A stretch of DNA of 64,000 nucleotides from Chiloscyllium plagiosum (GCF_004010195.1 NC_057710.1:94507145-94571144), one strand, 5' to 3'. Shown: positions 13,451 through 27,764, counted from the first letter of the stretch. Numbers and translations are program-made. The notes: a model not told the origin generated them from the letters alone.

Positions 13451-13821
13451 CTAGCTCTCACATACTACAGCTACAACACAATGCCTGCCCAGCTATCTCT
13501 GTTCTATTAATTGCTTTAGATGTTTCAATATTTTTAAAGTGAACTTATTAACTGCATTCTTCATCTGTGACATCCTAGAGACATGGAAGAAATATCCACT
13601 AATCACATACTGGATTTCATGTGAGTTCACACTTCAGTTCTGACCAGTAGAAAGAGGATCGAAAGGGCTCTCTACCTTGAGCATTATCATTTTTCCTATA
13701 ATAAGGTGACATGATTTACAGCAAGTTAATCCAATGATATTGCCTGGGAAAGGGTTCTTAATTACAAGAAAAGTCCAATCAACTGTAATGTGGTGACATG
13801 ATTGAAGACAGGCTAATCCAA

Positions 13822-14135
13822 GGGGCAGCATGGTGACTCAGTAGTTAGCGCTGCTGCCTCACAGTGGCAGGGACCCGGGTTCAATTCCCACCTCGGGCGA
13901 CTATCTGTGTGGAGTTTGCACATTCTCCCTGTGTCTGTGTGGGTTTCCTCCGGGTGCCCCGGTTTCCTCCCACAATCCAAAGATGTGCAGGTCAGGTGAT
14001 TTGGCCATGCTAAATTGCCCATAGTGTTAGGTACATTAGTCAGAGGTAAATGTAGGGGGGGTGGGTTGCTCTTTGGAGGGTCGGTGTGGACTTGTTGGGC
14101 CGAAGGGCCTGTATCCATACTAAAGGAAATCTAAT
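13822..14135 (+). mobile_element. HE1-like V-SINE, full length
   Basis: A/B boxes, V-domain, (atcta)n tail; TSD CTAATCCAA at 13813-13821 and 14136-14144. Confidence 0.92.
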
Positions 14136-14424
14136 CTAATCCAATGGCATTCTCTGGAAAAGATATCTTATTTACTTAAATTGTCATGCCGTGTATCAGT
14201 TCACGGTTAGTTCAAATGGCCAATTAATGTGTCAGTATTCATTTTATGAAAACTCTATTGTCCTCTTATCTTTGAATTTCAGCTTAATTCTGCAAATCAG
14301 CAGTACAGGTTCACAGGCCATTTTATAGTATTCTTTTAAATCGAGAAACCATTTTGTGGAAAATAAAACTCTACATATATTTGTTGGTTAAATTCAAATT
14401 TTAGATCCTCATTACAATATGTCT

Positions 14425-14585
14425 ACCTGAGAAGACAGAAGGGGCCTCATCCAAAACAGTTCTCTTTGCTGCACTCCCTCACTACTGTACTCGAATTTCA
14501 AACTAACTTAATGTGCTGAAATGGTTCATCAATGCTTGAACCTGGAACCTTGTGATTGATGCAAGAGTGCGACCAATTGAGCACC
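14425..14585 (-). mobile_element. Deu-domain SINE (SacSINE1-like) 5' part, degenerate
   Basis: Minus strand gctcaattggtcgcactcttgc...ggttcaag...cagtagtgagggagtgcagca; similar piece at ~52945-53070. Confidence 0.55.
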
Positions 14586-15424
14586 ATTTACAAACCTTGT
14601 CCTGAACTTTGGTCATATCACACCCTGGATTTTGCTGATAATTCCACTTACAGTAGAAATAGTATACAACTAGTAAAGAGTATCTATAGGACACTATTTA
14701 TTTCCACCTCTGTAGCATTTCCTGTCTTTGTTTGTCTCAGCTATTTGTGCTGAAATTCTCATTCATGTCCTTTTTACCTCCCCACTTGATAATCAAAAAT
14801 ACTCCTGGCTGGTCTCACACCATAGACTTGAGGTCTTCAAAATCTCTGCCAGTGTTATGATCCCAGCTAAGAGTAATACTGTACCAATCAGATCCCAGAG
14901 TGAAGCTGACTTCATAGATCACGAGTTTAATTCTTGTAGTTGGTTATCATGATGGTTCATCACTGAAACCTATTCACGTGAAGCTGAAATGTTCTTTAGC
15001 AAACAAGCAGAAGTACATTATTTAAAAAAAAGTTATATGCCAGTTTAGAAAGACCTAACCATAAACAGATGAACAAATTTTCAACCCTTCACTTGCTGAC
15101 CTACCTTAGCTCTTGGTCAAGTAACATGTTGATTTTAAAGTTCTTGACCTTATTTTCAAAAACATGCATGGTCTCACCCCTCTCTATCTCTGTTATGTCT
15201 TCTGGCCCCACAACCTTGTCTGGTATCTGCATTGAAGTTGAAATTCTTGTATCTGTCAAGAGGAATATCAGACATGTAACAATGGGAAGCTAGCCACTGA
15301 GTGCATTAAACTTAAATCTCTGTGCACCTTGGAGATGTTGAAGTCTCTGTTGAGTTCTTCTTAGTATTTCTCTCAAACTGTATGACACTTGTAATATCAG
15401 AGAGTTTATTTAGATTCTGAACAG

Positions 15425-15675
15425 CAGCAGGAAGGTTATCCCTGGTGTCCCGGCCAATAATTATTCCTCAGTCAATATCACAAAAAGTGTATCTGGTCTC
15501 TGTCAAATTATTGCTTGTAGGAGTTGGCCATCTATTAGTTGGCTGCCGCATATCCTACCTTGCAATAAAGACTATACTTTAAATATTACTTCATCACTAG
15601 TAAGGCTGTAAAGCATTTTGAGACATCTGAAAGTTGTGTAAAGTGTTGTACAAATACAAGCCTGCCTTTCTTTCA
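15425..15675 (+). mobile_element. Deu-domain SINE (SacSINE1/AmnSINE1-like) 3' part
   Basis: ccctggtgtcccggccaataatt...ttggctgccgcat...ggctgtaaagcattttgagac...tacaaatacaag resembles the recalled Deu domain plus L2-like tail. Confidence 0.7.
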
Positions 15676-17299
15676 AGTTTAGTACAAGTTGTTTATGTTT
15701 AAATTCTATCCCTCATGAACTAAACCATGGAAATGGTTTGCTTTTCTTTATGGCCTTATTTTTCCATATTGCTCCTTATACTGACATTATATTTGTACAC
15801 TGCTTTCTAAAATTATGCAACCTTTTATATATGGCCCTAAGCTCCAGCCGAGTTTTCTCTGCCTTATTTAAGACATACCTTAAGTCTATCTCTTTTAACA
15901 TGCTTTTGTTCACCTAATTTAATATTTCCTGATGTTGTTCATGTTATAATAAATTTAAATACTCTGACAAAGTATTATGAGAGTGTTCTAATACTTTAAA
16001 GGAGCTGTATATTGTTGTGAGGGGCAAAAGATTATTCCAATAATAATACTAGAAATACAAGGATGTAACTCTCAGGAGAGGGTGAATAGGCTTGGTCTCT
16101 TTCCTCTTAGCAAAAAGGCTATAGTAACTTCATAGATGTCTTTAAAATTACAAAATACTTTGCAGGAGTGGACACAAAATATTTCCTCTTGTAGGGAAGA
16201 GCTAAAGTAGAAACTGTTTAGCACAGAATATACCTAGAAATCAAATAGGCAATTCAGAGGAAATTTCTTTAATCAGAGCAGTGAGAATGTAAAACTTGCT
16301 TCAATCTCCATTTTGGCAATTAATGTAGCACTTTGAGTATCCTCCCACCCTAACAACAAGCAGTGGTTCAAGAGGCAGCTCACCACCACCTCCTTTTGCA
16401 TAATTGTGAATGTGCAATAAATACTAGCCTACCTACTGTTGCCCCATAAAATAAAAATATTTCCAAAAATGTACTTAAAAGAGAGAATACATAAACGTAT
16501 GAGCAAGATAGAAGGAGAGGATTATGCTGACAAAGGTAGTTAAAAAAAAAAGCTAAGAGGATGCACAAATGGATAATAAACATGGCTTCTTGGGCAAATA
16601 AATATTTCCTTTCTAAGCTAGTTATTATTCAGTTAATTTATACAAAAAGTTTTAAAAAGAAACTTGCCAGCCAGAATTTTTAAGCAGGAATTTTTGTATC
16701 TATCAAGAAGACTGTCAGACAGGTGATACTGGGAGGCTAGCCACCAAGTAGAGTAAACATTAAATAAAGTATCACTGTGCACATTGGAGTCCTCGAGGTG
16801 TCTGGGATCTCTGAAGATTTGTTCATAGCTCTTCTCTCAAACTGTACTGCCTTTGTACTATCCGGCAGTTTATTCAGATTCTCGGCTTTTGAATGTTTAA
16901 ATCATTATATTCATTTTTATCTGGAAGGAGCCAATGTTTATGTTTTTGTCACACATAGGATCCTGATAGATGGACAAGTGAGAAAATCAGGGTTTATTGA
17001 AAAAAAGCTGCTGCTTTTGAAAACAAAATTGACAGTAGTAGAATATTTTAATCAGAAAATACGTATCTAAATTTTAAGAAACCATAAGCCTTCTACCAAT
17101 TCTTGGGGTTTTTGTATTAATTAACACACTGAAACCATGGAAAGATTATGTCCATGTTGCACTGAGGGGCAAACTGACAACAATGTTGCTTATGGCTCAC
17201 CAGTACACCAGGGAAGAATCTGCCATACCACCTGGACATAAAGCTGCATTGTAGATTAAACTGCCTGAAGTCAGTCGAAATTTAAATGTAAGGCTGTCT

Positions 17300-18030
17300 G
17301 TGTAGACCCTCCAACCACATGGCTACCTCATCTTCCTCATTGGGACCCTCCAACCACACAAAATCAATATTGATTTCACCAGTTTCCTCATTTTCCCCAC
17401 TGCACCCCCCCCCCAATCCCAGATCCCAGGGCAGCACGGTAGTTCAGTGGTTAGTACCACTGCCTTGCAGCGCCAGGGACCCGGATTTGAATCCAGACTC
17501 TGACCACTATCTGTGTGGAGTTTGCACGTTCTCCCCGTGTCTGCGTGGGTTTCCTCCGGGTGCTCTGGTTTCCTTCCACAGTCCAAAGATGTGTAGGTCA
17601 GATAAATTGGCCGTGCTAAATTGCCTGTAGTGTTAGGTACATTAAGTGTGGAATTGTTGGACCAAAATGGCCTGTTTCCACACTGTAGGGAATCTAAGAA
17701 TCCAGCCTTCCAACTCAACACCGCCCTCTTGAACTGTCCTACCTGTCCATCTTCCTTCCCACCTATCCGCTTCACCATCTGCTCTGATCTATCACTATAA
17801 CCTCCCCCACCTTCACCTACCTAATGCATTCCCAGCTACCTTCCCCCCAGCCCCAATCCTCCCTTCCATTTATCTCTCATCCCCTTTGGGCCTCCCCCAC
17901 ATTCCTGATGAAGAGCTGATGCTCAAAATGTCAACTCTCCTGCTCCTTGGATGTTGCCTGACTGGCTGTGCTTTTCCAGCACCACACTTTTTAACACTAA
18001 TCTCCATCTCTGCAGTCCTCGCTTTCTCCT
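17300..18030 (+). mobile_element. Penelope-like element 3' end (family B) with hammerhead motif, interrupted by a SINE
   Basis: Encodes LIFLIGTLQPHKINIDF (GIY-YIG C-terminal motif); pyrimidine-rich UTR; CTGATGAa-GAGC-tgat-GCTC-AAAA-tg-TC at 17905. Confidence 0.8.
17429..17698 (+). mobile_element. HE1-like V-SINE nested in a PLE
   Basis: gggcagcacggt...tgtgtggagtttgcacgttctccccgtgtctgcgtgggtttcctccggg...; PLE text resumes after it. Confidence 0.88.
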
Positions 18031-19075
18031 GCCTACCTGGAGTGTTGGTTTTAATGTCCTTACAGCAGGTTGAAACATTGTCCTTGTATCTGCATCTTTC
18101 AACAGCAACTTATTGTTGTCGTTGTTTTCATTTTGCTACCTGTGATTTCTTGTTAATACATCGTAATGAGGAAGATCAATTAACTAAGATCACAGTAAAA
18201 CCCTGTGAAAACTAAAAAGAAATTATCTTCCTACACAAAGACTCATTTATGCTGCTTTACTCCTGATGTCTATGAAGTTTGAAGTTGCAAATATCCCTCA
18301 TATGGATCAGTAGTCTAACTTCTGTTGAAGAAATACTAGTGAAATTATGAAATATGCCGTGTTTCCTGTTATCTGGTGATATAAGGAATATTAAAACTCT
18401 ATATTACACATAAAATACAAAATGAATAAAATGCAATTGAATTAAGTCAACTGAACCACTCTTGATCTACCTGACATAATTTATGTTTATGGCATTTTGG
18501 ATTATGTTATAGTACTACTTGATTCCTTGTTTTTGAATGTGGCACTTTTGTGTCAATGACTGGAGCACGTTAAATTGTCTAATACTGATGTATGGTATCA
18601 ATTATTGCATTATGATTTAACTACAGTAAATCAAATATGCTCAGGGATAAACAAAACCATAGTTAATGGGGATAGTACCTTTAATTAGAACAATTTACAC
18701 TCTGCTGTAATTTTATGATTATTAATTCAAAAGTGTGCACATGTTTGTGATACATGAGGATGAGATGGTTTGCAAGATTGAAATATATTATGCTTTTACT
18801 TTGATATATGAAGTCCAAAATTTGCAATATAGCTAAAGTATTAAATTCAAACTGAGAAATAGGACAATTTGCAGAGAATGATTGCCAAAAGGATCAATTG
18901 AGCTAAAAGAATATCCTAAAAATATCTTCAGTAAACATTACATAGCTGTTGCATTGATTTTCTACAAAAACTAAATGAAAAGTTGATTGTGAAGATAGCA
19001 CTTATGAAGTTTAAACCTAGTATTTGCTAGGAAAGTAAACCATGCATTATTGCAACTAGTTTTATCCTATGCTTT

Positions 19076-20217
19076 TGGATGTAAGTTTGCTCGCTGAGCT
19101 GGAAGGTTCGTTTTCAGATGTTTCGTCACCGTACTAGGTAACATCAGTGAGCCTCCGATGAAGCATTGGTATTATGATCCGCTTTCTAATTTGTGTGTTT
19201 AGGTTTCCTTGGGTTGGTGATGTCATTTCCTGTTCTTTTTCTCAGAGGGTGGTAAATGGGGTCCAAGTCAAAGTATTTGTTGATAGAGTTCCAGTTGGAC
19301 TGCCATGCTTCCAGGAATTCTTGTGCATGTCGCTTGTTTGGCTTCTCCGAGGATGAATGTGTCGTCTTGGTCGAAGTGGTGTCCTTCCTCATCTGTATGT
19401 AAGGATACTAGTGAGAGAGGGTCATGTCTTTTTGTGGCTAGTTGATGTTCATGTATCCTGGTGGCTAGTTTTCTGCCTGTTTGTCCAATGTAGTGTTTGT
19501 TACGGTTCTTGCAAAGTATTTTATAAATGATGTTCATTTTGCATGTTGACTGTATAGGGTCTTTCAAGTTCATTAACTGCTGTTTTAGTGTGTTGGTGGG
19601 TGTGGGCTACCATGATGCCAAGAGGTCTGAGTAGTCTGACAGTCATTCCTGAGATATCTTTGATGTAGGGGAGAGTGGCTAGGGTTTGTGGATGTGTTTT
19701 TTCTGCTTGTTTGGGTTTGTTGCTGAGAAATCAGCAGACTGTGTTCATTTGTTACTCATTCTTTTTGAATACGCTGTATGGGTGATTTTCCTCTGCTCTT
19801 CGTAGTTCCTCTGTGCTGCGGTGTGTGGTGGCTCGTTGAAATAATGTATTCTCACATACAGATGAGGAAGGACACCACTTCGACTGGGACAAAACATCCG
19901 TCCTAGGACAAGCCAAATGCAGAGACACACGAGAATTCCTAGAAGTATGGCATTCCAACTGGAACTCTATCAACAAACACATTGACTTGGGCCCTATTTA
20001 CCACCCCCTGAGAAAAAGAACAGGAAATGACATCACCAACCCAAGGAAACCTAAACATACAAATTGAAAGCAGGTCATAAAACTAGTGCTTCACTGAGGC
20101 TCACTGATGTTGCCTAGTATGGTGACGAAACATCTGAAAATGAACCTTCCAGCTCAGTGAGCTAACTTAGATCCAGAACCTCAGCCTGAGCTACAAATCT
20201 TCTCCAAACTCTCTACT
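19076..20217. mobile_element. Penelope-like element (family A), inverted two-arm insertion with GIY-YIG remnant
   Basis: Minus arm 19076-~19830 encodes NIIYKILCKNRNKHYIGQTGRKLATRIHEH. Plus arm ~19850-20217 is its inverted 3' copy with an extra tail. TSD CTATGCTTT at 19067-19075 and 20218-20226. Confidence 0.92.
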
Positions 20218-21117
20218 CTATGCTTTGTCAATCAAATACTCAATTTAATCATGACAGGTCATTGAACAAAATAAACGGTGATGGAATTCAGAGGAATATG
20301 TAAGACTTTTTGTACCTCAACTATTTGTAATTAAATGGCCTGTTTGTAATTAATCTTCTGGGGAAACAGGTTCAAATCCTTCCATGTGTGTGGTATTTGA
20401 CATTTAAGGATTCATTCAATAATCCGTCTCCCATATCAGCATCATAATTTCCAGAGATTGAGAGGAGATGATGGGGGTAATGTTTACTGGACTAATGATT
20501 CAGAATCCAGACTAATGCCTGAGGACACAAGTTTGAATTTCACCATGGTATGAATAATGAATTCATATTCATTATTGAATATGAATTCATTAAAAATCTG
20601 GAATAAAAAAAACCCACCATTGAAGGGGACGAAGGGTGTCACCCCGTATGATTGTGTTAGGTTAATGAGGTCACCTGATTCCATCAAATTAATTCCCACT
20701 GATTTTTCTCAGGGTGAGTCAGTTGATATGATTTTGCAGAATATGAAGTCAAACTGCACAGTAGATTGACCACATAATCTAGACTGCCACTCCAATATAG
20801 GGAACAGTACCTGCATTCTTGGAAAGGTTTACTGTCTCTTAAGTGATATACAACACTGTCAGATCCAAGTAATCAGAGCATTATCTTGCTGCTCTGACCA
20901 GTGTTTCCTTGCTAACATCAAAAACAGATCATCTGATCATTCATTTGCTGTTTATGGGACCTTAAAGAACTGTAGAGTTGTGACCACAGGTGCTACACTA
21001 AAATTAATTGATTGTGAATTGTTTTAGCCTGGAAAATGCATGTGTTCTGAAGTCATTTAAAGGTGTTAGACCATAAGAAATAGGAAAAGGAGTCAGCTGC
21101 TCAGCCCTGGGTTTTAA

Positions 21118-21430
21118 AGTGGTGCTGGAAAAGCACAACAGGACAGGCAGCATCCGAGGAGCAGGAAAATCGACATTTTGGGCAAAAGCCCTTCGTCAGG
21201 ATAGAGGCAGGTAGCCTCCAGGCTGGAGAGATAAATGGGGGGGTGAGGCTGGGGAGAAGGTAGCAAAGAGAACAATAGGTGAATGGGGGTGGGGGTGGAG
21301 GTCAGAGGGGAGGGTGGACCGGATAGGTGGGAAGGGAGATTGGCAGGTAGGACAGGTCATGGGGACAGTGCTGAGCTGGAAGGATGGAACTGGGGTAAGG
21401 TAGGGGAAGGAGAAATGAGGAAACTGGTGG
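21118..21430 (-). mobile_element. Penelope-like element 3' end (family B)
   Basis: Reverse complement aligns with 17375-17990; CTGACGAa-GGGC-tttt-GCCC-AAAA-tg-TC. Confidence 0.82.
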
Positions 21431-22924
21431 TTTATGCACAAGTATCTCCTAGTCCCTGTGTGTTGCAGCTTTCTGCACTTTTTCTCCACTGAAATTATAC
21501 TCTGTTCTTTTGTTCTTCCTTCCAAAACAACACCTTCGTATTTTCCCATATTATACTCCATTTGCCAATTTACTATTCCATAAAAGGCAGTCCTAAATCC
21601 ACAAAGAATTTAAGGTTGTATGGTTTTTATGTTTTTCATGATACTAGCTGTGAATAATGGTGGTTGAATATCATTAACAGATTAAATATTTAATGCTGTG
21701 TGAATTTTGTCTCTCCAAAAATGAATGCTAAAATAGAAGCTAAAGTTAAGGAACTAAAATATTGTTTACTCAGTAAGGTTTTTTTTTATTATCAATTTGT
21801 GCAGAATCTCTTTTTTTCAACAAAACTAAGTTTGGTTTCAAAAGTGGCAGCTAGCTACTACCATTTTTGCAGGGCTAAGCCTATTTCGAAACAGTGAGTG
21901 TGTGCTGTTCCAGTGCCTTATATCTTTACAATTAAGGTTTCCCCTCTAGTTTGGCAGCAATAGATTTATCACAGTGCCATTCGTTGAATCATAGAATAGT
22001 TACAGCACAGAGGGAAGCCATTCAGCCCATTCGCTCCACACTGGATTCTTGCCTACTCCCACTCCCCCACCAGTTTTCCCTTAACAATGCATGTTTATAT
22101 CCTTCATTTTTATTCATTTTTACTTTTGAAAGTACCCTTTTTGAAACTACCCTCTCGGGCAATACATCCCAGGTTCTAACCATTCTTAGGATTGAATTTT
22201 ACCAGAAATTAATGAATTGTCAATGTCAGTCATCCACATCACTTCTACACAGTACCCCACATCTTCCAATGTGCTACTAGTTCTTTCCCCTACCATCATA
22301 TATTTAATTTTACCCCTTCACAAATATTGTCCCCTGTGCATCCCATTACACTACATCCAATTCCTAGAATTGACTTCCCAATTTTCCTACCCTGGCAGTG
22401 ATTCCTGATCAGCCCCATTGACTTTCATCATGCTGACCCCAGAAGTATCTGTCGTTCACTCTTTAACAAACTTGGATGGAGTGATTGGTGATCAGACCCC
22501 TGACTATCAGTACTGTTCCCCTGACTGACATTGTGAATCCCTGAACTGGTTGCACTGGACCTGAAGAACTGATTGAGGCCCATTCCATGTGCTCTCATGT
22601 TACAGATCCTATGACCTTGACCTCTCCAGGCCCATGATCAATACAAGATGTTGCTGTTGGCTTAATTCTGCCAGGACTCCCTATTTGAAGGCTGTCTCCC
22701 TTGAGGATTGCTTCTCTTAAAAATTGAGACATGGCAGTATGTTTGCCAGGCAAACTGCTGGCACAAGGTGCAGATGTGAGATTGCCTACCACAGTAACAT
22801 ATTGCAACATGTCTACCCCCTTGACTGATCACTAGTGATCACTATGACAAACTGCTGGCTTTATGTTTATGCTAAAAGGCCAAGCAAGACAAAGGTCTGT
22901 CTGTGAACCTTTAAACTTGGGCTG

Positions 22925-23185
22925 TGGAGTTAATTCCTTGGGGCTTAACAGGGTAGATACAGAAAGGTTGTTTGCACTTGTGGGAGAGTCTGGGACCAGA
23001 GGGCATAATTTCAGAGTAAAGGGTTGCCCAGTTAGAGCAGACTTGAGGAGAAATTTCTCTCAGGGTAGTGAATCCGTGGAAGATGGCTGTCAACATTGGG
23101 TCATTAAATTTATTCAAGGCTGAGATAGATCATTATCAGATCAGTCAAGATCTCATTGAATGGTGGAGAGGACTCAATGGGCCAA
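22925..23185 (+). mobile_element. CR1 3' end fragment
   Basis: GLNRVDTERLF...GTRGHNFRVKG...RRNF motif. Confidence 0.75.
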
Positions 23186-24012
23186 TTTGTCATCTCTAAC
23201 CCACTTACAATGCAGATCTAAACTTCAGTGCAGTACTTTGGAGCACACTGACACCTTTCATTGGAACACTGCTGGCAGAGACAGATACCCATCTGATGGA
23301 TACGACCAGACTGCATCTCCAGGCTCCTCAGTCGCTCACTCATTTTGTACCTAATGAGACACTTCATGAACAGTGACTGCATGAATCACTAACCATCCCC
23401 CCACCAAACCCCAGATTCCCAGGTGGCCGTAATGGTGCCAACTAGCCTCTGTTCAACATTTGCCAAATTATTCATGGCGGGGCTTTAAAGATGGCATTGG
23501 TGCCAGGAATCCTAGATTCTAGCAGGGGCCAGAAGCTTGTGGCAAGTGGGAGAATATGACAAGCAGGGCACCATATGGGCTTGGCATATATGTAATGAGG
23601 GGAGTTTGGGAAAATAATGCAAGAAAACACTAGGGCTCATAGTGAAACCATCCATACAAATTGCCAAAATTGACACAAAGCTGATTTTGGATAAGATTCA
23701 GCCCCAAGTGTTAAAAGTTGCAGGATTGGGTTCTTAACAACATTTTGAAGTGCATTTTTTTGTTACTACTTGCATACCAGTGAGCAGGCCTTCAGTTCCC
23801 CAGGACAGATTGTAACATGCTGTAGGCTAAATTACTTGGGTATACTGAAAACTAAGTTAGTGAAAATATTGTACATGCTTTCTAACAAAACCCTTTATAA
23901 GTGAAAGTTAATGTATCTCAGATTCAAAATAATTTTACAGGGTGATGAGTGGTACTTTTTTAAATCCTCTCATGGCTAAGTCAGGATAATGAGTTGAAGG
24001 GGACTTGCAGAT

Positions 24013-24110
24013 GGTCTGAGGAAGCGTCACCGGACCCAAAACGTTAACTCTGATTTCTCTTCACAGATGTTGCCAGACCTGCTGATCTTTTCCAGGAACT
24101 CCTGTTTCTG
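24013..24110 (+). mobile_element. 98-bp PLE-terminal insertion (family C) with hammerhead motif
   Basis: TSD TTGCAGAT at 24005-24012 and 24111-24118; CTGAGGA at 24016; same tail as the PLE end at 58950-59045. Confidence 0.75.
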
Positions 24111-24119
24111 TTGCAGATA

Positions 24120-26620
24120 ATGATGTATCCATTATTCTGCTGATCCATCCTTGTGGGTCGAAGTAGTCATGGGTTTGGAAGGTGTTGTCTAAGGATCTTT
24201 GATGAATTTCTGCAGTGTATCCTGTAGCTTCGGTGATGGAAGGACTGGCTGCTTGTGGATGTCATAGCTATTAAGCGGGCTGCTTAGTACTGGATGGCAT
24301 CAAGCTTCTCGAGTGTTGCTAAGGCTTCATACAAGTAGATGGGGAGTATTACATAGTCGATGGTGAACAGTCTTTGGGAAGTCAGGAGGTGACTTACTCA
24401 TCGCAGTATTCCTAGTCTCTGACTTGCTCTCGTAGCTACTGTGTTTATGTGATAAGCCCAACTGAGTTTCCTGGATGTTAATCCAGGTAAACATCAGAAT
24501 GTTGATAGTGGGGGATTCATTGACATTAGCACCATTGACTGTCAAAGGGTAATGGTTAGATTATCTCTTATTGGCGATAGTCGTTGCCTAGTATTTGTGT
24601 GGTGCGAATGTTACTTGCCACTTGTCAGCCTAAGCTTGGATATTGATACTACATTTAAACATGGACTGCTTCGGTGTCTGAGGAGTTGTGAATTGTGCTG
24701 AACATTGTGCAATCATCAGTGGACATTCCCATTTCTGTCCTTATGATGGAGGGAAGTCATTGATGAAGCAGCTGAAGATGGTTGGACCTAAGACACTTCC
24801 CTGAACAACTCCTGCAGAGATGTCCTGGAGCTGAGATCATTGACCTCCAACAACACAACCATCTTCCTGTGTGTCAGGTGTGACTCCAACAGCAGAGAGT
24901 TTTCTCATTGGTTCCAGTTTCACAAGGTGTCCTTGATACCACACATGATCAAACCTAGCCTTGATGACAAAGGCTGTCACTCTAACCGCTTCTCTGGAAT
25001 TCCATGTTTGAACCAAGGCTGTAGTGAGGTCAGGAGCTGAGTGGCCCTGAAGGAACCCAAACTGGGCATCGCTGAGCAGGTGCTGCTTGATAGCACAGTT
25101 GATGACAACTTCCATCAGTTCATAGATGATGGGACGACAATTGGTTGGGTTGGATTTGCTCTGCTTTGTGTGTACAGGACATACCTGGGCAATTTTCCTC
25201 ATTGTCAATTAGAGAAGGTGCCAAAACAGGTGGATGAAGGTAAAGCGGTTAATGTGGTGTCTATGGACTTCAGTAAGGCTTTTGATAAGGTTGCACACCT
25301 TAGGCCTTTGCACAAAATATGGAGTTTTGGGATTGAAGGCGATTTAGCAGTTTGGACCAGAAATTGACTGACTTAAAGAAGACAGGGTTATGGTTGATGG
25401 GAAATGTTCGTCCTAGAGCTCAGTTACCAGTGGTGTGCTGCAAGGATCTGTTTTGAGGCTACTGCTGTTTGTCATTTTTATAAATGATCTGGATGTGGGT
25501 GTAGAAGGATGGGTTAGTAAATTTTTTAGATGACACTAAGGTAGGCAGAGTTGTGGATAGTGCCGAAGGATGTTGTGGGTTACAGAGGGACATCAATAAG
25601 ATGCAGAGCTGGGCTGAGATGTGGCAAATAGAATTTGATGCAGAAGAGTGAGAGGTAGTTCATTTTGGAAGAAGTAACAGGAATGCAGAGTACTGGGTTA
25701 ATTGTAAAATTCTTGGCAGTGTAGATGAACAGAGAGGTCTGTGTCCTGGTGCATAAATCCCTGAAAGTTGCCACCCAGGTTGATAGTGTTGTTAAGAAGG
25801 CATATGGTGTGTTTATTGGTAGGGAGATTGAGTTTCTGAGCCACAAAGTTATGCTTCAGCACTACAAGACACTGGTAAGGCTGCACGTGGAGAGTTTGTG
25901 CAGTTCTGATCACCATGTTATAGCAAGAATTTAGAAGGTTTGGAAAGGTTCAGAGGAGATTTACTAGGATGTTGCCTGGAATGGAAGGAAGGCCTTGCAA
26001 GGAAAGGCTGAGGGAACCGAGGCTGTTTTTGTTGAAGAGAAGAAGGTTGAGAGGTGACTTAATCCAGACGTCTCAGATAATCAGAGGGTTAGATAGGGTG
26101 GACAGTGAGAACCTTTTTCCACCGATGGTGAAGACTAACACAAGGGGACATAGCTTTAAATTGAGGGGTGATAGATTTAGGACAAATATTAGAGGTAGTT
26201 TCTTCACTCACAGTAGTAGGAGCGTGAAACGGCCTGCCTACAACAGTAGTAGACTCGCCGATGTTAAGGGCATTTAAATGGGTATTGGACATGCATATAG
26301 ATAATAATGGAACGGTGTGGGTTAGATGGGCATCAGATTATTTTCTCAGGTCGGTGCAACATCAAGGGCCGAAGGGCATGTACTGCACTGTAACGTTCTA
26401 TGTTTTATCCTAGTGTTATAACTGTACAGGAACAACTTGATTAGGGGTATGGTAAGTTCTGGAGCCCAAGTCTTCAGTATTATTATCAGAATGTTATTAA
26501 GGCCCATAGTATTTTCAGTATCCAGAGCCTCCAACCATTTGTTGGTATCATGTGAAGTGAATCAAAGTGGCTGAACACTGGTATCTGTGATGCTGGGGGC
26601 CACTAGAGGAGACCAAGATG
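24120..26620 (-). mobile_element. L2/CR1-group LINE RT region, split by a CR1 insertion
   Basis: KSNPTNCRPI...SDAQFGFLQGHSAPDL...VRVTAFVIKARFDHVWYQG; resumes at ~26406 (LKTWAPELTIPLIKLFLYSY). Exact clade uncertain. Confidence 0.8.
25210..26405 (+). mobile_element. 5'-truncated CR1 (RT to 3' end)
   Basis: VDEGKAVNVVSMDFSKAFDKV, GV.QGSVL, DDTK, RRLRGDLI...TRGHSFKLRG; gttctatgtt tail. Confidence 0.92.
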
Positions 26621-27764
26621 GAAAGAATGAATGTAAGGGGCAGGAGAAAGAACAGAATGCCAACAAACATTTTAATGAGAAGCTTCCAAATAAATATAGA
26701 GAACATTTTGTGAAAAATCAGAATTGCTATTTTCTTATAGTGGAGTAAGTACTACCATTAATTTTCCATTTTCCATTCAATTTCATTTTCTAAATTAATT
26801 AATTGAAAATGAGTGGTCCACCTTTAATACTTTGGTTGTACCAGAAAATAACAGATGAACAGAGAGAATGGAACAGCAATTATTTCTAAGCTTTATGAAC
26901 ATCAACTCATATTGCCCAACTCAGCTAATGATCATTTTAGTTGTCTATTTTTCTAATTTATTCCTATCATTTGTAATGCTGGACTTTTTTATTTCTTTAT
27001 TTTTCTATTTTTCCCCCCTAAGTTTTGTACGTTAGAATCTGTACCTAGGTACATTTGTACCTAAAATCACACCATAAGTGACGACTTGTAAAGTTCACAC
27101 TGTACTCATGTGAATACATGTGACAATAAATTCAGTTACTTTCAATTAATATATTAGGAAGCTTATAAGACAGTACATAATCTCTAGTAATTTGACTAAA
27201 CTAATTAAATATAGAAAGACAAATCACTCGTGAATTTATAGCACATCATTATAGGAATAGTTAAATACTGTTATACCTTTTTCCTTTAGAATCAAACGTT
27301 TCTGGACCGGCTACTTTACAAATTATTTTCTGCTTTAGGTTAACAGTTTGGAATGTGTTATAATGACAGATGTACAATTGGTAGTAGAAATTATTTTGCG
27401 TGTGGAGTGTTTGTTTTATATGAAAGCTGGAAGTTTATTGCTTAAATTTAGAACGAGATAGTTCTGATGTCAAAATATCACTTAAATGTAATTACAATCT
27501 CTTAATTGAGCAGTGAGCGACATGTGCGACAGTCCCTGAAACAAATTTAAAAAAGCAATCATATCAAAAGATGCCACTGTGGGCAAATTGTAAAATAAGC
27601 CTAAATTGTTAAAAGATTAAAAGTGGTTGTCAGGAAAACGCCTCATAGTGGTGGTGAGACAAAAAACACACTTAGTGAATTTGAAACCATGATAAAGAGA
27701 AGGGTTAAAGTTCACAGTGCTGGTTTGTTGTAAATGGTTCTCATGGATTTTTCTTTTCCCATAG

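Noticed and set aside
13822-13900. tRNA-like A/B-box sequences (also at 9800, 17429, 29688, 35897)
   Set aside because: They are SINE heads continuing into SINE bodies, not tRNA genes.
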